From Myxococcota bacterium (lineage in GTDB: Bacteria; Myxococcota; JACRCW01): a DNA stretch of 64,000 nucleotides. The stretch covers positions 18,275 through 82,274 of the forward strand of contig JBFMGU010000009.1 of NCBI GenBank assembly GCA_040752415.1, given 5' to 3'. Of the stretch, positions 21,588-31,567 are shown piece by piece. The first letter of the stretch is position 1. Each line of letters starts with the position of its first letter. The notes below the pieces were generated by a model. That model worked only from the letters and a program-made list of their open reading frames with translations, was not told the origin of the DNA and made no database searches. Both the position numbers and the translations under genes were made by a program.

Positions 21588-23327
21588 TCACCAGCTCGCG
21601 GGAAGCAACGCCCCCAGCGCCAGGTCCACCTTCCGCTTCAGCTCCATGACCCGGCTCTGCAGCACCAGGTCCACGCCCCCACCCGCCGCCAGCTGTTGAT
21701 CCAGCTCCGCCGTCAGTCGCTGGTGGGCCTCGTGCACCACGCTGGCGGGCGCGTCGCGGGGAACGCCCAGCACCTCGCAGGGGTCCGTCAGTGCCTTGAG
21801 CCGCGTGTACAGCAGGAACACCGCGTCACGCGCCTGCTGCACCGCCGCGTCCGTCGTGGCCTCGTCCTCCAGGATGTCCAGGTCGTAGTCCGCCAGCGGG
21901 ACCAGGCGCGGGTCGGAGATGTCCAGCTCGTCGTCCAGGAGGACTTCTTCCGCCAGCTCGCGCGGCGCGTCGGTGATGGTGGCCAGGCGGGTGTTCACCA
22001 GCACCATGGTCATCAGCGTGCCCATCAGCGTGCCCAGGCTGGTGCGGTTGCAGAACTCCTCCACCGTCTGCGCCCCGTCGATGAGCTCCGAGACGTCCAG
22101 CCCCTTCACGAACTGCTTGAGCCTGGGTGCCGCCATCTTCAGCGCCGGGCCGGGCTGCAGGTACTTCCGCGCCATCTCAAAGCCCTCGGCCAGCACGCGG
22201 TCCGGCGTCATGGTCCGCCGCTTGGCCTCGAAGATCAGGCCCAGCGGGTTGACCTTGAACAGGAGCGTGTCGTCGAGGAACGCCTTGTCCTCCTGGAACT
22301 GGTACTCACCGCCGCCGGCGCGGCAGAGCTGCATCACCTGCTCACGCACCAGGCCCAGCATGAACTGGTGGAGCGCCTGCGCCCGCAGCTGCCCGCCGTT
22401 GGCCAACGCGCCCAGCAGCTGTCCCTCCGGCACACGCGGCAGCGCTTCCACGCTCGGCACCAGCCCCTGCTCGACGAGACGCCGCGCCAGCCCCCCGTCG
22501 CCCTGCGGCGCCACCGCCCACACCGGGTAGCCGCGCAGGAAGAACATCACGGCGCTGCCCTGCCCATCCTGGATGGTGAGTCGACCGGTGAGCGCCTGGC
22601 TGAAGATCGCCACCAGCAAGGGCGGGCCGGCCTCATCCTCCAGCGTTCCCTCGAACAGCGGCCGCTTCGTCGACGTGGCGGGCACCACCGGGACGGGAGA
22701 AGGCACCGGCGTGCGCTCCTCCATCAGGTTCACGTCGGACGCCTCGTCCTCCGCCGCCTCCACGTCGATCTCGGGCTCCGGCGCGGGAGATGCGAGGCCT
22801 GGTGCGGGCTCTGTGAGGTCCAGGTCCACGTCCTCGGCGGCCACCGCCTCCTCGGCAACCTCGGCCACCTCCACGTCCTCGGCCGCCTCCACGGATTCCA
22901 ACACGTCCACGTCCTCGGCGGCCGCCTCCACCTCCAGCTCCGCCTCGTCGTCGACGTCAAAAGCCTCCTCGAGCTCCGGGACCACCGCGCGGCGCACCAG
23001 GTCCGCGGCCTGCTCCGGCGTGGTTCCCGGCGCAAGCACCACCGCGTTGGGCCCCAGCTCGGTGGCCAGCAGCTCGGCGGGGGTGCGCGTGGCCAGCACG
23101 AACACGCGGATCCCCGGGTGACGACGATCCGCCAGCGTGCACATGCTCCGCAGCGTGAAGTGGCGCTTCTCCTCGGTGGCCAACACCGCGCCAAACGCGG
23201 CCCGGCCCAGCGCGCTCATGGCGTGGAACGCGTCGGTGGTCTCCACGCAGGGCAGGGAGCGGGACGCCAGCGCGCGGCGTGCGTGGTAGCGACGCGTGTC
23301 ATCACCCTCGACAAGCAGGACGGCCAC
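21588..23327 (-). CDS. receiver-like + acidic linker + DUF4388-like + degenerate J-like domain protein
   Basis: VLLVEGD receiver-like start; AAEDV[DE] acidic repeats; LFEGTL...LTGRLTI...FFLRGYPVWA; DPCEVLGVPRDA without HPD; start uncertain. Confidence 0.65.
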   Translation of the reverse strand: MAVLLVEGDDTRRYHARRALASRSLPCVETTDAFHAMSALGRAAFGAVLATEEKRHFTLRSMCTLADRRHPGIRVFVLATRTPAELLATELGPNAVVLAPGTTPEQAADLVRRAVVPELEEAFDVDDEAELEVEAAAEDVDVLESVEAAEDVEVAEVAEEAVAAEDVDLDLTEPAPGLASPAPEPEIDVEAAEDEASDVNLMEERTPVPSPVPVVPATSTKRPLFEGTLEDEAGPPLLVAIFSQALTGRLTIQDGQGSAVMFFLRGYPVWAVAPQGDGGLARRLVEQGLVPSVEALPRVPEGQLLGALANGGQLRAQALHQFMLGLVREQVMQLCRAGGGEYQFQEDKAFLDDTLLFKVNPLGLIFEAKRRTMTPDRVLAEGFEMARKYLQPGPALKMAAPRLKQFVKGLDVSELIDGAQTVEEFCNRTSLGTLMGTLMTMVLVNTRLATITDAPRELAEEVLLDDELDISDPRLVPLADYDLDILEDEATTDAAVQQARDAVFLLYTRLKALTDPCEVLGVPRDAPASVVHEAHQRLTAELDQQLAAGGGVDLVLQSRVMELKRKVDLALGALLPASW

Positions 23328-23632
23328 GCTCAAGCCAGCCCCCGCGCCACCGCGACACCACGCGAGCGGGCCATGTCTTCCGGGATGTTGTCGGCGTGGG
23401 GATGAGCCATCCGTCGTCCTTGTTACACCGTCCGGCGGGAACCGGCTCAGGAAAATGACGGCGCGGGTTGGCGGCGCCCGTCCCTGTACGTCCCCGAGGA
23501 TACTCCAGGTCCGCGCGCGCTCGAAGATCCTACCCAACCCCGCGCGGCGCGGACTGCCTCCCGGATCCCGCGCGCCCGACGAGAACACGCTTGGGGCCGG
23601 CGGCCGCACGGGTGCGCGTGTGCGCAAGGCAG

Positions 23633-23661
23633 TTGACAGCGCGGGATAAAAGGCTGCACAT
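23633..23661 (+). promoter_or_regulatory. possible sigma70-type promoter of arg operon
   Basis: Perfect TTGACA at 23633-23638, ~80 bp before argF'; the -10 match is poor. Confidence 0.3.
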
Positions 23662-23718
23662 GCACGCGGAACTTTGGAGTCGCCCTGGGGGGAACAGGCG
23701 GAACGGAGGACCCACGCG

Positions 23719-24720
23719 TTGAGACACTTCCTGAGCACGCTGGACCATTCCCGGGAAGAGCTTCAATCCCTGCTGGATTCCGCCCGACAGTTCCAGCGCT
23801 CACCGCAACGGCCCGTCCTGGCCGGCAAGAGCGTGGCGCTGCTCTTCTTCAACCCCTCGCTGCGCACCCGCACCACCTTCGAGCTGGGCCTGCACCACCT
23901 GGGCGCCAAGGCCATCGTGCTGGAGCCGGGCAAGGGCGCGTGGCCCATTGAGTTCGACGACAACGTGGTGATGGACGCGGAGCCGGAAGAGCACGTGCGT
24001 GAGGTGGCGCGGGTGCTCAGCCGCTACGTGGACGCCATTGCGGTGCGCGCGTTCCCCAAGTTCCAGCGCTGGGAGGATGACCGCGAGGACAAGGTCATCC
24101 GCGCCTTTGCCCGCCACGCCACGGTTCCCGTCGTCAACATGGAGACCATCACCCATCCGTGCCAGGAGCTGGCGCTGATGATGGCGCTCCAGGACCGGCT
24201 GGGCCGCACCGACGGGCGCAAGTTCGTGCTGACCTGGACCTACCACCCCAAGCCCCTCAACACCGCGGTGGCCAACAGCGCGCTCATCATTGCCGCCAAG
24301 TTCGGCTTTGACGTCACGCTGCTCTGCCCCACGCCGGAGTACACGCTGGACCGTCGCTACATGGACGCGGCGCGGGAGTACTGCTCCGCGCAGGGCCGCA
24401 CGCTGACGGTGAGCCACGACGTGAAGAGCGCCTACCAGGGTGCCGAGGTGGTCTACGCCAAGAGCTGGGGCGCGCTGCCGTACTTTGGCCGCTGGGCGGA
24501 GGAGAAGCCCATCCGCGACGCGCACAAGCACTTCATGGTGGACATGGACAAGCTGCGGCTGACGCCGGACGCCTTGTTCTCCCACTGCCTCCCCGTGCGC
24601 CGGAACGTGAAGGTCACCGACGAGGTGCTGGACGCCCCGCGCGCCTTCCACATCGACGAGGCCGAGAACCGGCTGCACGTCCAGAAGGCGGTGCTGACCC
24701 GCCTGTTGACAGACCGCTGA
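23719..24720 (+). CDS. argF': N-acetylornithine carbamoyltransferase (ArgF', Xanthomonas type)
   Basis: FFNPSLRTR, WPIEF, EEH, NMETITHPCQE, TWTYHPKPLNTAVANS, HCLPVRRNVK; GGAGGA RBS before TTG. Confidence 0.92.
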   Translation: MRHFLSTLDHSREELQSLLDSARQFQRSPQRPVLAGKSVALLFFNPSLRTRTTFELGLHHLGAKAIVLEPGKGAWPIEFDDNVVMDAEPEEHVREVARVLSRYVDAIAVRAFPKFQRWEDDREDKVIRAFARHATVPVVNMETITHPCQELALMMALQDRLGRTDGRKFVLTWTYHPKPLNTAVANSALIIAAKFGFDVTLLCPTPEYTLDRRYMDAAREYCSAQGRTLTVSHDVKSAYQGAEVVYAKSWGALPYFGRWAEEKPIRDAHKHFMVDMDKLRLTPDALFSHCLPVRRNVKVTDEVLDAPRAFHIDEAENRLHVQKAVLTRLLTDR

Positions 24721-24745
24721 CAGCGCTCAGCCGTTAGGAGTGGCC

Positions 24746-25969
24746 ATGACCAGGCAGAAAGCCGTTCTTGCATTTTCCGGCGGGCTGGACACCAGCTTCT
24801 GCGTTCCCTACCTCAAGGAGCGCGGTTACGACGTCATCACGCTCTTCGTCGACACCGGCGGCGTGGACGCGGAGGAGCGCCGCTACATCGAGAACCGGGC
24901 GCGGGAGCTGGGGGCGCTGGAGCACGTCACCGTCGACGGGGCGCAGCCCATCTGGGAGCAGGTGGTGGTCCCCCTGGTGTGGGCCGGCGCGGCCTACCAG
25001 GGCAGCTACCCGGTGTTGTGCTCGGACCGCTACGTCATCGTCGAGGAGTCGCTGAAGCTGTGCGACGCGCGCGGCACCCGCGTCTTCGTCCACGGCTGCA
25101 CCGGCATGGGCAATGACCAGGTGCGCTTTGACCAGACGGTGCGCTCGCTGGGTGACTACAACATCGTGGCGCCCATCCGGGAGATCCAGCGCCAGCACAA
25201 GGCGGTGCGCGCCTACGAGCAGGAATACCTGCAGAAGCTGGGCTTCGCGGTGCGTCCCAAGACCAGCCGCTACAGCATCAACACCAACCTGCTGGGCGTG
25301 ACCACCTCCGGCTCGGAGATCGACGAGTTCCAGGCTCCCGGCGACGAGACCTGGGTCCTGTGCGCGCACCCCACGCGCTGGCCGCGCACGCCGCTGCGCA
25401 TGACCGTGGGCTTTGAGCGCGGCATCCCCACCTCGCTCGACGGCAAGGCGGTGGATGGTCCCACCATGCTGCGCAAGCTCAACGAGGCGTTTGGCGCGTA
25501 CGGCGTGGGCCGCAACATCTACACCGGCGACACCACCATCGGGCTCAAGGGCCGCATCGTCTTCGAGTGCCCGGGCATCACCGCGCTGATGACGGCGCAC
25601 CGCGCGCTCGAGGAGACCGTGCTCACCAGCCACCAGAACGGGTTCAAGCCGCAGGTGGCCGCGCGCTGGGTCGACCTGGTCTACAAGGGCTTCTTCTACG
25701 AGCCGCTGAAGGACGACCTCGAGGCGTTCCTGCGCCAGAGCCAGACCTTCGTCACCGGCAACGTGACGCTGGAGACGCACGGCGGCGTGCTGCACCCGGT
25801 GGCGGTGTCCTCGGAGCACATCCTGCGCAACCAGGGCGCGGTCTACGCCCAGTCCGCGGATTGGGGCTCCACCGAGGCGGAAGGCTTCATCAAGCTCTTT
25901 GGCATGAGCAGCACGCTGTCCGCGCGCGTCAACAAGCGGCCGCGTGCGCCCGGTGGCGCCAAGGGATGA
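24746..25969 (+). CDS. argG: argininosuccinate synthase
   Basis: VLAFSGGLDTS, HGCTGMGNDQVRF, YSINTNLLG, GLKGRIVFECPG, AEGFIKL. Confidence 0.95.
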   Translation: MTRQKAVLAFSGGLDTSFCVPYLKERGYDVITLFVDTGGVDAEERRYIENRARELGALEHVTVDGAQPIWEQVVVPLVWAGAAYQGSYPVLCSDRYVIVEESLKLCDARGTRVFVHGCTGMGNDQVRFDQTVRSLGDYNIVAPIREIQRQHKAVRAYEQEYLQKLGFAVRPKTSRYSINTNLLGVTTSGSEIDEFQAPGDETWVLCAHPTRWPRTPLRMTVGFERGIPTSLDGKAVDGPTMLRKLNEAFGAYGVGRNIYTGDTTIGLKGRIVFECPGITALMTAHRALEETVLTSHQNGFKPQVAARWVDLVYKGFFYEPLKDDLEAFLRQSQTFVTGNVTLETHGGVLHPVAVSSEHILRNQGAVYAQSADWGSTEAEGFIKLFGMSSTLSARVNKRPRAPGGAKG

Positions 25970-27063
25970 TCACGGACCTGCGCGGCGCGCTCCTCCCGCA
26001 CCTGGAGCGCCTGGTGGGCTTTGACACGCGCAATCCACCGCGGGTGATCGACGGCGGAGGCCTGTTTGCCTATCTCCGCGCGCAGCTCCCCCCCGACGTC
26101 ACCGTGGACCTGCAGGACCTGGGTGAGGGCTGCGTCTACCTGCTGGCCCGTCGCGGCAACCCCGCCCTGCTCATCAACGTGCACGTGGACACCGTGCCCG
26201 CGGCGCCGGGTTGGTCGCGGGATCCGCTGAAGCTGCACGTCGAGGGTGAGCGCGTGGTGGGCCTGGGCGCGTGCGACATCAAGGGCGCCGCCGCGGCGCT
26301 GCTGGCCGTGCTCCCGACGTTGCGCGGGGACTTCGCGCTGCTCTTCTCCTCCGACGAGGAAGCCGGCCAGAGCCGCTGCGTGCGCGACTTCATCCGTCGT
26401 CACGGAGCGCCCTCCCGCGTCCTGGTGGCCGAGCCCACGCGCTGCACCGCGGTCAGCGTGCACCGGGGGATTGCCACCGCGCTGGGCACCTTCCGCGGCG
26501 TGCCCGGTCATGCCTCCAGCGCGCGCGCGCTGCAGGACAACGCGCTGCATGAGCTGGTGCGCTGGTCATCCCGGGCGCTGACCTGGGCAGAAGGACAGGA
26601 TGCGCGCGAGCTGGCGGGGCTGCGCGGCGTGCGGCTGAACCTCGGTGTCGTCGAGGGCGGGACCAAGCCCAACATGATTGCCGGGGAGGCGCGCGTGCGT
26701 TTTGGCATCCGTCCGCCGCCGGGTCGTGCGCCGCTGGAGGTGATGCAGGAGGCCTGGGCGCTCACTCCCGACGCCACGCGCGTCACCTGGGAGCCCGGCT
26801 TCCTGGCACCGCCGCTGCCCGCGCCGCAACAACCGCTGGAAGACGCGCTGCGCACCGCCCGTCGGATGGCGCGGGAGCTGGATCTGCGCGAGGGAAGCGC
26901 GGTGGATTTCTGGACGGAGGCGGCATTGTTCTCGGAGGCGGGCTCGGTGGCGTTGGTGTACGGCCCCGGGGACATTGCGCAGGCGCACACCGCCGACGAG
27001 TGGGTGCGCACCGACGAGCTGGTGGAGGCGGCGCGGACCTACGCGCGCATCCTCAACGGGTGA
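25966..27063 (+). CDS. argE: acetylornithine/acetylcitrulline deacetylase (M20A)
   Basis: NVHVDTVP, GLGACDIKG, SDEE, AEPT, GPGDIAQAHTADE; ATGA overlap with argG. Confidence 0.92.
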   Translation: MITDLRGALLPHLERLVGFDTRNPPRVIDGGGLFAYLRAQLPPDVTVDLQDLGEGCVYLLARRGNPALLINVHVDTVPAAPGWSRDPLKLHVEGERVVGLGACDIKGAAAALLAVLPTLRGDFALLFSSDEEAGQSRCVRDFIRRHGAPSRVLVAEPTRCTAVSVHRGIATALGTFRGVPGHASSARALQDNALHELVRWSSRALTWAEGQDARELAGLRGVRLNLGVVEGGTKPNMIAGEARVRFGIRPPPGRAPLEVMQEAWALTPDATRVTWEPGFLAPPLPAPQQPLEDALRTARRMARELDLREGSAVDFWTEAALFSEAGSVALVYGPGDIAQAHTADEWVRTDELVEAARTYARILNG

Positions 27064-27078
27064 AGGAGGTCGACGAAC

Positions 27079-28401
27079 ATGGGGTCCACGCAAGAGGTCA
27101 TTGTCCGTTTCCTGCGCAACCTCGGGAGCCGCAAGGAGGTGGAGCAGTACCTCAAGCTGTTCTCGTCGGTGGATGCGCGCCGGTTCGCCGTCATCAAGGT
27201 GGGCGGTGGCATCATCCAGGATGACCTGGACACGCTGGTGTCCGCCCTCACCTTCCTGCAGCGCGTGGGACTGACCCCGGTGGTCATCCACGGCGCCGGG
27301 CCGCAGCTCACCCGTCAGCTCAAGGAAGCCGGCGTGCAGACCGAGCAGGTCGACGGCATGCGCGTCACCTCACCGGAGGCGCTGGAGATCGCGCGGAAGG
27401 TGTTCCAGCGGGAGAACTTCCGTCTCGTCGAGGCGCTGGAGGCCATTGGCACGCGCGCCCGTCCCATCACCGGCGGCGTGTTCGAGGCGAAGCTGATGGA
27501 TGGGAACCGCCTGGGCCTGGTGGGCGACGTCACCCAGGTCCACGCCGAGGCCATCGACTCCGCCATCCGCTCCGGCCACATGCCCATCCTCGCGAGTCTC
27601 GGTGAGACGCCGGCCGGACAGATCCTCAACATCAACGCCGACGTGGCAGCGCGCGGCCTGGCCCGCACCCTGGAGCCGTTCAAGATCGTCTTCCTGACGC
27701 CCACCGGCGGCCTGCTTGACGAGAACCAGCAGATCATCTCCGCCATCAACCTGGAAGAGGATTACGAGCCCTTGATGCAGGAGCCCTGGGTGCAGGGCGG
27801 CATGCGGCTCAAGCTGGGCCAGATCAAGGAGCTGTTGGACGCGCTGCCGCGCTCGTCGTCGGTGTCCATCACCTCACCGGACAACCTGGTGCGCGAGCTG
27901 TTCACCCACAAGGGCGCCGGGACGCTGGTCCGTCGGGGTGAGCGCATCCGTCGTTATGACTCGCTGGATGGCATTGACCGCGCGCGCATGGCGGAGCTGC
28001 TGGAGCAGGCCTTCGGGCGGAAGCTCACCACGGACTATTTCGAGGTGAAGAACTTCTTCCGCATCTACCTGTCCGACTCCTACCGGGCCACGGCCATCCT
28101 CACGCTGGAGGGCGGCATCCCGTACCTGGACAAGTTCGCCGTCACCAGCGAGGCGCAAGGTGAAGGCATTGGCGGCTCGTTGTGGCAGTGCATTGCGCGC
28201 GACAACACCAGCCTCTTCTGGCGCTCCCGTCTCGATAACGAGGTGAACCCCTGGTACTTCCAGCGCTCCGACGGCAGCTACAAGACGGACCGCTGGGCGG
28301 TGTTCTGGTACGGCCTCGAGGATTTCGCGGACATCCAGCGTTGCATTGAGAAGGCCAAGGCCATGCCCGCCACACTCAAGGCGCACAGCATTGGGGCGTG
28401 A
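27079..28401 (+). CDS. argB: acetylglutamate kinase with C-terminal NAT domain (bifunctional NAGS/K type)
   Basis: VIKVGG, VIHGAGPQL, NINADVAA, GGMRLKL, ELFTHKGAGT, then YLDKFAV...QGEGIG...FWRSR..NEVNPWYF. Confidence 0.92.
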   Translation: MGSTQEVIVRFLRNLGSRKEVEQYLKLFSSVDARRFAVIKVGGGIIQDDLDTLVSALTFLQRVGLTPVVIHGAGPQLTRQLKEAGVQTEQVDGMRVTSPEALEIARKVFQRENFRLVEALEAIGTRARPITGGVFEAKLMDGNRLGLVGDVTQVHAEAIDSAIRSGHMPILASLGETPAGQILNINADVAARGLARTLEPFKIVFLTPTGGLLDENQQIISAINLEEDYEPLMQEPWVQGGMRLKLGQIKELLDALPRSSSVSITSPDNLVRELFTHKGAGTLVRRGERIRRYDSLDGIDRARMAELLEQAFGRKLTTDYFEVKNFFRIYLSDSYRATAILTLEGGIPYLDKFAVTSEAQGEGIGGSLWQCIARDNTSLFWRSRLDNEVNPWYFQRSDGSYKTDRWAVFWYGLEDFADIQRCIEKAKAMPATLKAHSIGA

Positions 28402-28402
28402 G

Positions 28403-29350
28403 ATGGCAGCTGATCTGCGCATTGGATTGGTGGGCGCGCGTGGCCACGTGGGTGGTGAGCTGGTGCGTCTCCTCGAGAACCACCCGCGCATGAAGGTGGC
28501 GTGGGCGGCCACGCGCAGCGGCGGCGGACAGCGCGTGGGCCACGTGGTGCTGGAGGAGATGACGCCGGAGGATGCGGCCCATCGGGACGTCGACGCGGTG
28601 GTGTTGGCGCTCCCCAATGGGCAGGCAGCCAGCTGGGTGTCGGCGTTGGATGCGTCGGGGCGCGCGCCGGTTGTCGTCGACCTTTCCGCGGACATGCGGT
28701 TCACCGACACGTGGGTCTACGGCCTCCCCGAGCTGAACCGCGAGAAGGTGCGGGGGGCACGTCGCATCTCCAACCCCGGGTGCTACGCCACCGGCATGCA
28801 GCTGGGCCTGGCGCCGTTGCGGGAGCTGCTCGCGGAGACGCCGCACGTCTTTGGCGTGTCCGGTTACAGCGGCGCGGGGACCACGCCCTCCGACAAGAAC
28901 GACCCGGAGAAGCTGAAGGACAACCTCATGCCCTACTCGCTCGTCGACCACACGCATGAGCGGGAGGTCACGCGCCACCTGGGTCATCCCATCCACTTCA
29001 TGCCGCACGTGGCCAGCCATTTCCGCGGCATCACGCTCACCATCTCCACCGTGCTCCGGCGCGGGCTGACGGCGGATGAGCTGCATGAGCTGTTCTCGGA
29101 CGCGTACCGCAACGAGCCGCTGGTGCAGGTGGTGAAGGACACGCCGTGGGTGAGTCGCGCGGCCGGCCGTCACGACGTCACCGTGGGCGGCTTCACCGCG
29201 GACGCGGCGCGAGGACGCGCGGTGGTGGTGGTGACGCTGGACAACCTGCTCAAGGGAGCGGCCACGCAGGCGCTCCAGAACCTCAACCTGGCGCTGGGCG
29301 TCGACGAGCTCACGGGGATTCCGCTCCATGGTCCGACCACTGTGGGATAA
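28403..29350 (+). CDS. argC: N-acetyl-gamma-glutamyl-phosphate reductase
   Basis: IGLVGARGHVG, VDLSADMR, YGLPE, SNPGCYAT, SGYSGAG, DNLLKGAA. Confidence 0.95.
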   Translation: MAADLRIGLVGARGHVGGELVRLLENHPRMKVAWAATRSGGGQRVGHVVLEEMTPEDAAHRDVDAVVLALPNGQAASWVSALDASGRAPVVVDLSADMRFTDTWVYGLPELNREKVRGARRISNPGCYATGMQLGLAPLRELLAETPHVFGVSGYSGAGTTPSDKNDPEKLKDNLMPYSLVDHTHEREVTRHLGHPIHFMPHVASHFRGITLTISTVLRRGLTADELHELFSDAYRNEPLVQVVKDTPWVSRAAGRHDVTVGGFTADAARGRAVVVVTLDNLLKGAATQALQNLNLALGVDELTGIPLHGPTTVG

Positions 29351-30632
29351 AGGCCAGTCTTCGGTGGACGAGGCCGTGCAGCGCTTCTGCGCCGCCGACG
29401 ACGTGGCGTTGGACCGCATGCTCTTCCTCCACGACGTGCGCGCCTCCCGGGCCCACGTGCGCGGGCTGGAGCGGATTGGCGTGCTGAATGGCGCGGAGTG
29501 CTCGTCGCTGGTGTCCGCGCTGGAGGAGCTTGAGCAGCTGTTCACCGACGGGAAGTTCATCCTCGACGAGCGCTACGAGGACGGACACACCGCCATCGAG
29601 CATTTCCTGACCGAGAAGCTGGGCGAGACCGGGCGCAAGGTGCACACCGGTCGCAGCCGCAATGACCAGGTGCTGGTGGCGCAGCGGTTGTACGTGCGCT
29701 CCGCGCTGGACGCATTGAGTGGTCATGAGCTGGAAGCGGCGCGGGTGTGCCTGCGACGAGCGCGCGAGGAGATGCGCACGCCCATGCCCGGCTACACGCA
29801 CCTGCAGCGCGCGGTGCCCTCGTCGGTGGGCGCGTGGTTCGCGGCATTCGCGGAGGCCTTTGTCGACGACGCGGTGTTCTGCCGCGCGGTGCGTGACCTG
29901 CTGGACGCGTCTCCGCTGGGCACCGCGGCCGGCTACGGGGTGAACCTGCCGCTGGACCGCCAGGGTGTGGCGCGGGAGCTGGAGTTCTCGCGCGTGGTGG
30001 TCTCGCCCATCCATGCGCAGAACAGTCGCGGCAAGCTGGAGCGCGCAGCGTTGGAGGCGTTGCACCAGGCGCTGTTGGATGTGCGTCGGCTGGCGTGGGA
30101 CCTGAGCCTGTTCTCGACGGCGGAGTTCGCGTTCGTGCGGCTGCCGGATGCGTACACCACGGGTTCCTCGCTGATGCCCAACAAGCGCAATCCCGACGTG
30201 GTGGAGCTGTTGCGCCAGCTTCCCGCCGTCACCAGCGGCGCGCTGGCCGAGCTGGACGCCACGCTGTCGCTGCCCTCGGGCTACCACCGCGACCTGCAGG
30301 GCACCAAGGGTCCGGTGCTGCGGGCGTTGTCGCGCGGGTTGGCGGGGATGGCGCTGGTTCCCGCGCTTCTCGGGGAGCTGCGGTTCAACGATGAGGGCAT
30401 GCGCGCGGCGATCTCGTCGGACATGTACGCCACGGACCGGGCGATTGAGCTGGCGCGCGAGGGTGTGCCGTTCCGGGATGCGTACCGTCGGGCGGCGGCG
30501 GAGATTGGCAGCGGAGCTCCGCGTGCGCCGGAATCCAGCCTGGGCGCGCGTGTCTCGCTTGGCGGCATGGCGGAGCCCGGCTTGGACCTCGTCGAGGAGC
30601 GGCTGCGGGCGTTGTCCCGCTCGACGGAGTGA
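29328..30632 (+). CDS. argH: argininosuccinate lyase
   Basis: EDGHTAIE, HTGRSRNDQV, MPGYTHLQRA, TGSSLMPNKRNPD, GYHRDLQ, GVPFRDAY. Confidence 0.95.
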   Translation: MVRPLWDKGQSSVDEAVQRFCAADDVALDRMLFLHDVRASRAHVRGLERIGVLNGAECSSLVSALEELEQLFTDGKFILDERYEDGHTAIEHFLTEKLGETGRKVHTGRSRNDQVLVAQRLYVRSALDALSGHELEAARVCLRRAREEMRTPMPGYTHLQRAVPSSVGAWFAAFAEAFVDDAVFCRAVRDLLDASPLGTAAGYGVNLPLDRQGVARELEFSRVVVSPIHAQNSRGKLERAALEALHQALLDVRRLAWDLSLFSTAEFAFVRLPDAYTTGSSLMPNKRNPDVVELLRQLPAVTSGALAELDATLSLPSGYHRDLQGTKGPVLRALSRGLAGMALVPALLGELRFNDEGMRAAISSDMYATDRAIELAREGVPFRDAYRRAAAEIGSGAPRAPESSLGARVSLGGMAEPGLDLVEERLRALSRSTE

Positions 30633-30844
30633 GAGCTCGAGCGGCTCGCAACCCACGCGGGAGTCCCCGGTGGACGGATATGTCCTGCCCGGGCGCTCCG
30701 ACCCTTTGTCCTTCTCCGACGAGAACCCAACGCGCACGTTTGCTGCCCGAAAGATCGCGGGCTATGGAGCCCACCTTCCGACGGTTGCTGCCTCCACGTG
30801 TCGTCGTGGGAAGCCGGAGCAACGGTCATCCATCCGGAGTTCCT

Positions 30845-31546
30845 ATGCGCATCACCGTCGTCACGCTCTGTCTCGCTTCCTGCCTGCTCGCGCTCGGCTG
30901 CAACAAGCCCGCGGAGACCGGCCCCGCCTCCACCGGTCCGCTCACCACCGACCACGACAAGACGCTCTACGCGCTGGGCCAGGTGCTCGGTCGTGACATC
31001 TCCTTCTTCGGGCTGACCAAGGAGGAGCTCGCGGTGGTGCAGCGCGGCCTCGTCGACGCCGCCACCGGCGCCAAGTCGGAGGTGGAGATGGAGACCTGGG
31101 GCCCCAAGGTCAATGAGCTGGCCCGCGCCCGCAAGACCGCACGCGCCGAGCAGGAGAAGACCCGCGCCAAGGAGTACCTGGACAAGGCCGCCGCCGAGAA
31201 AGGCGCGGAGCGCACCGCCTCCGGTCTCATCTACACCGAGCTCACCGCCGGCACCGGCGCCCAGCCCACCGCCGCCGACACCGTCAAGGTCCACTACCGC
31301 GGCACTCTCGTCGACGGCACCGAGTTCGACAGCTCCTACAAGCGCGGCCAGCCCGCGGAGTTCCCGCTCGGCGGCGTCATCAAGTGCTGGACCGAGGGCG
31401 TGGCGAAGATGAAGGTCGGCGGCAAGGCGCGCCTGGTGTGCCCCTCCGACATCGCCTACGGCGACCGCGGCTCCCCGCCCACCATCCCCGGCGGTGCCAC
31501 CCTCATCTTCGAGGTCGAGCTGCTGGACGTGAAGGCCAAGGGCTGA
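30845..31546 (+). CDS. FKBP-type peptidyl-prolyl isomerase (FkpA/Mip-like lipoprotein)
   Basis: Lipobox ALGC; VKVHYRGTLVDGTEFDSS, VIKCWTEG, AYGDRG, IPGGATLIFEVELL. Confidence 0.95.
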   Translation: MRITVVTLCLASCLLALGCNKPAETGPASTGPLTTDHDKTLYALGQVLGRDISFFGLTKEELAVVQRGLVDAATGAKSEVEMETWGPKVNELARARKTARAEQEKTRAKEYLDKAAAEKGAERTASGLIYTELTAGTGAQPTAADTVKVHYRGTLVDGTEFDSSYKRGQPAEFPLGGVIKCWTEGVAKMKVGGKARLVCPSDIAYGDRGSPPTIPGGATLIFEVELLDVKAKG

Positions 31547-31567
31547 GCGGTTTTTCCGTCGTCGGGC

